This document shows positions 59,662 to 64,000 of a stretch of DNA of 64,000 bases, piece by piece; position 1 is the first letter of the stretch; every line of letters starts with the position of its first letter. The position numbers and the translations under genes were made by a program. The stretch is from Salisapilia sapeloensis CBS 127946 (lineage: Eukaryota; Protista; Oomycota): the NCBI GenBank assembly GCA_023334545.1, contig JAADVB010000011.1, forward strand, positions 83,609 to 147,608. The letters are read 5' to 3'. The notes under the pieces were generated by a model, which did not search any database, was not told where the DNA came from, and was given only the letters and a program-made list of their open reading frames with translations.

Positions 59662-59669
59662 GCGGGAAA
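59662..59669 (-). promoter_or_regulatory. E2F-type site TTTCCCGC in the divergent promoter of SMC2 and the Kizuna-like gene
   Basis: GCGGGAAA on the + strand, about 60 nt upstream of the SMC2 ATG, matches the canonical E2F element. Confidence 0.35.
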
Positions 59670-59728
59670 TTCGAGTGGCAAAAAGCGTCGGTAAGAGCTA
59701 GAGTAGCTGCGTACTTGCTGCCTTGATC

Positions 59729-62700
59729 ATGCATATACGCGAGATTACGCTCGATGGGTTCAAGTCCTACGCCCAGCGTACGGTCGTTGGGCCTTTTGAT
59801 CGAGACTTTAACGCCATCACAGGTCTGAATGGAAGTGGGAAATCCAACATTTTAGATGCCATTTGCTTCGTCCTAGGTCTTAAGAATTTATCACAAGTAC
59901 GTGCTACGAACCTCCAGGAGCTCGTGTATAAGCAAGGTCAAGCAGGTGTGTCGAAAGCAAGCGTGACGATCGTATTTGACAACTCGGATCGGACCCAACA
60001 GCCCGTCGGATTCGAAGATTGCGATGAAATTGCCGTCACGAGACAAGTGATTATCGGTGGAAAGAACAAGTACTTTATTAACGGGCATGTGAAGCAAGCT
60101 GCTCAAGTCCAGAACCTCTTCCACTCAGTGCAACTGAACGTGAATAATCCCCATTTCCTCATTATGCAAGGACGTATCACGAAAGTCTTAAATATGAAAC
60201 CTACGGAGATTCTTGGTATGGTGGAAGAAGCTGCTGGTACACGCATGTACGAGAATAAAAAGATTGGAGCCTCGAGATTTCTTGAAAAGAACGATAGTCG
60301 AGTCTCGCAGCTAAAAGGTGTCATCAAGGACGAAATCTCACCTACTCTGGAACGATTGCGTCAGGAGAAAGCACAGTTTATGCAGTGGACGGCCAATAAC
60401 ACTGAGCTAGAGCGTCTGAATCGATTCTCCGTCGCGTTGGAGTATCAGCAGGCAGTCGATCAGCTTCAAAATTCCGACGATTTGGTGGCACAAGCACGTC
60501 GCGATCAGCAGCAGCAAGTGGAACGTGAAGAGGAGATTGAAAGTGAGGTTCAGGCAGCGGAAAAAGAGAAAGAGGACCTTCAAGCGCAACGAGATGATCA
60601 GATGGGAAGTGACTTTCAGGCTTTAAAGAGCAAGACGGAGAGCGTTAACAAGGAGCTCGTGCGTCTAAATACCAAATTAACACATGCAGAGAAAGCAGTG
60701 GAGGGTCAGAAGAAGAGTCTATCGTCTCTTCATAAACAAAAGAAAGATGCAGCAGACACGAAAAGCAGGTTGGAACGGAAATTATCTCAAGTCCAATCCA
60801 AAGTCGAATCTCTAGAACAAAAATACAATGAACGAGAGCAGGAACGCAGTGATTGTCAACGACAGATTCAGAATTTACATGCTGGAATGGTGAAGTCCGG
60901 AGACCAAGATGAATCTCTCTCGGAACGTCTAGCACACAAAAAAGCACAGATGCAAGAAGCTCGAACGGCATCCAAACAAGCAAAGATGAAAGCTCAGCAT
61001 CTAGAAAGTAGTTTGCATCGAAAGAAACAAGAACTACAGCATACATCTAGTAGTTCTGAACTCGAGGCTGAGCGATCGCAAAAGATGCGGGAGCTGGAAG
61101 AGATCCAGTCTCACATGCATCATCTCACAAAACGCTTTGATCCGGATGAAGAACGTCGTGTGCGTGACGATATTAAAGAGACGCAGCGTCACTTGAGTCA
61201 GTGTGAACGTCATGTAGATGACTTGTCTTCTTCCTTATCTTCTCGTTTAAACTTCCGTTTTGAAGATCCATATCGGAATTTCGATCGATCGACTGTCCAT
61301 GGTCCTGTCGCCAAGCTCATGGAAGTCCAACAGGATTGGTCTGCCCTGGCGCTTGAGATCGCTGCAGGTGGCAAATTGTATCAGATCGTCGTCGACGACG
61401 AAAAGGTCGCGAAAGACATTCTACAACGAGGTCATCTGCAGTCCCGCGTGACGTTCATCCCATTGAACCGCATCTCCTCTCGTCCGATTGATAAACGCAA
61501 GGTCGATACTGCCCATCGTGTCGCATCTGCTAGTGGAGGGCAAGTGTGGGAACCCTTAGACCTCATCCAGTTTGACCGAAAGGTTCTACCAGCGATGCAG
61601 TATACACTGGGCGGCACATTAGTCTGCGACTCGAGTGACGTGGCGCAGCAAGTGACGTTCCATCGAGACATCAAGTGCCGCACGGTGACGTTGGAAGGAG
61701 ATTCATTCGATCCAGCAGGTACGTTGCAAGGAGGGTCAGCGCCAAACACTGGTAAACCCGTTCTCCTTCGTCTGCATCAACTATTAGAAGCAACTCGGGA
61801 GATGAGAGACGTCCAGCGAAAGTATGGGGAGCAGAAGGACTACCTTGAGAGCGTCCAACATGATGCAGACGAGTACCGACGTCTGCAACAGTCGTATCAG
61901 CTAAAGGAACACGAGCTGCGTCTATTGGAAGAGCGTATTGGCGATAGTTCGTACGCACAGCTCCAGAGGTCGGTGGAAGAAGCGGAAGAGCAGTTAGCTA
62001 GAGAAAAGGAGAACAGTGTAGCGAACGAAGAGACGGCTCGAGCGTTGCGTGCAGAAGTGGAGAGACTCGAGTCGGATGCTGCGAGTATGAATGAATCCCG
62101 TGAGAGTCGTATCCAGGCTTTAGAATCTGAATTGAAACGTTGTAAGAAGTTGGCACAAGAAGCTAAATCGGAGATGAATGAGGCACAGCAAGAGTTGGCA
62201 GAATTGCATTTGGAGAAAGAGACGATGGATCAAGACGCTACTTCGACGTTCGAGAATGAACAGACGATGCAAGAGCAACTTGTGCAAGCGGAGAAGGAAT
62301 TGGAAGCCACTCGATCGAGTCGAGATGATGTGCAGGACAAGTATGAAGAAGCGCATGAGGCGTTGGAAAAGCGACGAGAGGAGTTATCGCAGCAGGATGA
62401 ACAGGTGAAACGTTTGCAAGCAAAGAGAGAGGCATTGGTCCAGGAGAAGACGGCGTTAGAACTAGAACGTAAGAAGGCAGAGCATCGTATTAGTCGTTTG
62501 GAAAAGGACGAAAAGGTAGCGCAAAAGGTCGTGAAGAAGTTGGAAGCGTCGAATCCGTGGATTGAAGAGGATAAGCATCTCTTTGGTGAACGTGGCACAC
62601 CGTACGACTTTGAACGCAACCAGCCGCAGGACGTGCAGAAGAGGTTGTTGGAACTACGTGGGACGCAAGCGGAGTTGGAGAAGAAGTTGAATAAAAAAGT

Positions 62701-63271
62701 CATGACGATGATTGAAAAGGCAGAGGAAGAGCATCAGCAGTTGGAAGCACGACGAGATGAAGTCGAGCGTGATCGGAATCAAATCTCGTCGGTTATCAAT
62801 GAGCTTGATGTGAAAAAGAATGAAGCACTAGAGAATACGTGGGAGCGAGTGAATCAAGACTTTAATAACATCTTTAGTACGTTGCTACCCGGTAGCAACG
62901 CCAAGCTAGAGCCTCCGGAAGGTGGATCGATCCTCGATGGACTGCAAGTATGCGTTGCGTTTGGAGGTGTCTGGAAAGAGAGTTTGACGGAGCTTAGTGG
63001 CGGACAACGGTCTTTGCTGGCATTGTCCCTCATCCTGGCGCTCTTGCTCTTTAAACCTGCGCCCATGTACATTCTCGATGAAGTGGATGCAGCGTTGGAT
63101 TTGAGTCACACGCAGAACATTGGTACGATGATTCGAAAGTACTTTCAAAAGTCCCAGTTCGTCATCGTGTCATTGAAAGAAGGTATGTTCAATAATGCGA
63201 ACGCCTTGTTCAGGACCAAGTTTGTTGACGGCATGTCCACTGTCTCGAGATCTGTGCCTGGAAAAGAGTAA
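59729..63271 (+). CDS. SMC2: Structural maintenance of chromosomes protein 2 (condensin), intronless
   Basis: GFKSYAQRT, Walker A GLNGSGKSNILDAICFVLG, NNPHFLIMQGRITKVLNMKP, hinge domain, signature LSGGQRSL and Walker B MYILDEVDAALD. Confidence 0.97.
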   Translation: MHIREITLDGFKSYAQRTVVGPFDRDFNAITGLNGSGKSNILDAICFVLGLKNLSQVRATNLQELVYKQGQAGVSKASVTIVFDNSDRTQQPVGFEDCDEIAVTRQVIIGGKNKYFINGHVKQAAQVQNLFHSVQLNVNNPHFLIMQGRITKVLNMKPTEILGMVEEAAGTRMYENKKIGASRFLEKNDSRVSQLKGVIKDEISPTLERLRQEKAQFMQWTANNTELERLNRFSVALEYQQAVDQLQNSDDLVAQARRDQQQQVEREEEIESEVQAAEKEKEDLQAQRDDQMGSDFQALKSKTESVNKELVRLNTKLTHAEKAVEGQKKSLSSLHKQKKDAADTKSRLERKLSQVQSKVESLEQKYNEREQERSDCQRQIQNLHAGMVKSGDQDESLSERLAHKKAQMQEARTASKQAKMKAQHLESSLHRKKQELQHTSSSSELEAERSQKMRELEEIQSHMHHLTKRFDPDEERRVRDDIKETQRHLSQCERHVDDLSSSLSSRLNFRFEDPYRNFDRSTVHGPVAKLMEVQQDWSALALEIAAGGKLYQIVVDDEKVAKDILQRGHLQSRVTFIPLNRISSRPIDKRKVDTAHRVASASGGQVWEPLDLIQFDRKVLPAMQYTLGGTLVCDSSDVAQQVTFHRDIKCRTVTLEGDSFDPAGTLQGGSAPNTGKPVLLRLHQLLEATREMRDVQRKYGEQKDYLESVQHDADEYRRLQQSYQLKEHELRLLEERIGDSSYAQLQRSVEEAEEQLAREKENSVANEETARALRAEVERLESDAASMNESRESRIQALESELKRCKKLAQEAKSEMNEAQQELAELHLEKETMDQDATSTFENEQTMQEQLVQAEKELEATRSSRDDVQDKYEEAHEALEKRREELSQQDEQVKRLQAKREALVQEKTALELERKKAEHRISRLEKDEKVAQKVVKKLEASNPWIEEDKHLFGERGTPYDFERNQPQDVQKRLLELRGTQAELEKKLNKKVMTMIEKAEEEHQQLEARRDEVERDRNQISSVINELDVKKNEALENTWERVNQDFNNIFSTLLPGSNAKLEPPEGGSILDGLQVCVAFGGVWKESLTELSGGQRSLLALSLILALLLFKPAPMYILDEVDAALDLSHTQNIGTMIRKYFQKSQFVIVSLKEGMFNNANALFRTKFVDGMSTVSRSVPGKE

Positions 63272-63563
63272 ACGTAATTGAATCTTGGATTTAAACAGGA
63301 GTTGGTGTCGGAAGAGAACTTTTAAGTATAAGTATTCTATCTACTGCTCAGATCAGCACATTTTATAGTTCATACATCTCGTGGACACCTTGGTTCCGCG
63401 TCCAGATATGACGATTTTGTCTTTTCACAGTACGCGCCCTCTGAACAACTACGTAAAGCCATCCGAGTGATGTCTATTTACTGAGAGTGAGCTCACCACA
63501 CGAAAGACTGGCGCCCAAGCGAGATCAGATTCATTGACATAAAACTTATAGTAGTGAATAAGG

Positions 63564-64000
63564 ATGCTGGCATCACTTGGTAGGAGAATTAGCCACAAGA
63601 GTAGCTCTTTTATGCGTATTGATACGAAAAGAATGAGTATTCGATACGCGAGCTCAACAGCAGAAGCAGAGCTGCGTCCGTACCAGTACATTAGCTTTTA
63701 TAAATACGTGCAAATCGAGGAGAGTCGATTGCAGCCTCTGAAGAAGCAGCTTGTCGAGAGATGGCGGGAATTGGATACGCTGGGCAGGATTTATATTTCG
63801 ACAGAAGGCATTAATGCTCAATTGATGCTGCCGGAGGCGAATGTAGACGCGTTGGCTGACTCATTTCCAGAGTTATTGTCCAAGGAAATTATGGTGTTTG
63901 GACAACGGATTGAAATGGGAGCAGCAGACACTTTGGATGGACAGCAAATGGACCATGAACCAAACAATGACAAGAAGGAAGCGCCGTTTACGAAATTGGA
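63564..64000 (+). CDS. trhO: TrhO/YceA (UPF0176) rhodanese-family tRNA hydroxylase-like protein with mitochondrial-type presequence, 3' partial
   Basis: Open frame running to the window end: MLASLGRRISHKSSSFMR... then YISFYKYVQI...LGRIYISTEGINAQL, matching the TrhO N-terminal motif ISFYKY...GRVYLAHEGINAQ. Confidence 0.75.
   Translation, partial: MLASLGRRISHKSSSFMRIDTKRMSIRYASSTAEAELRPYQYISFYKYVQIEESRLQPLKKQLVERWRELDTLGRIYISTEGINAQLMLPEANVDALADSFPELLSKEIMVFGQRIEMGAADTLDGQQMDHEPNNDKKEAPFTKL

Noticed and set aside
1-64000. Apparent clustering of centriole, cilium and mitosis genes (CFAP53, LRR-Sfi1, CDK, Kizuna-like, SMC2) as a functional gene cluster
   Set aside because: They are interspersed with unrelated housekeeping genes over 60 kb, and two of the assignments are tentative. 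There is no evidence of co-regulation beyond the SMC2 divergent pair.

Overview
Gene-dense eukaryotic nuclear DNA with the standard genetic code and short GT-AG spliceosomal introns, mostly 50-58 nt where I could resolve them. It is most likely from an oomycete or close stramenopile, based on a START-FYVE-GAF gene, a PSTALRE CDK, oomycete-type INR/FPR promoter motifs and a flagellar gene (CFAP53). I can support about 27 protein-coding genes: CFAP53 (5' partial), DDRGK1, START-FYVE-GAF, NDUFA6, a myristoyl-PH-SnoaL-AGC kinase, an orphan membrane protein, two large coiled-coil proteins, an LRR-Sfi1-repeat protein, a CDK, UBL-WLM-PUB protease, three ACSBG-type acyl-CoA synthetases, a MAP2K, TruA, a CaMK, an E2 enzyme, a GT4 glycosyltransferase ending in RDEL, a VTT/TVP38 protein, TAF12, a small coiled-coil protein, a TMEM223-like protein, an ARM-repeat protein, a Kizuna-like protein, SMC2 and a mitochondrion-targeted TrhO-like gene (3' partial). 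I recognised no rRNA, tRNA, CRISPR array or transposon. The most unusual item is the AGC kinase with a SnoaL/NTF2-like pocket domain between its PH and kinase domains. Gene models were assembled by eye and family calls come from motif recognition, not database searches.
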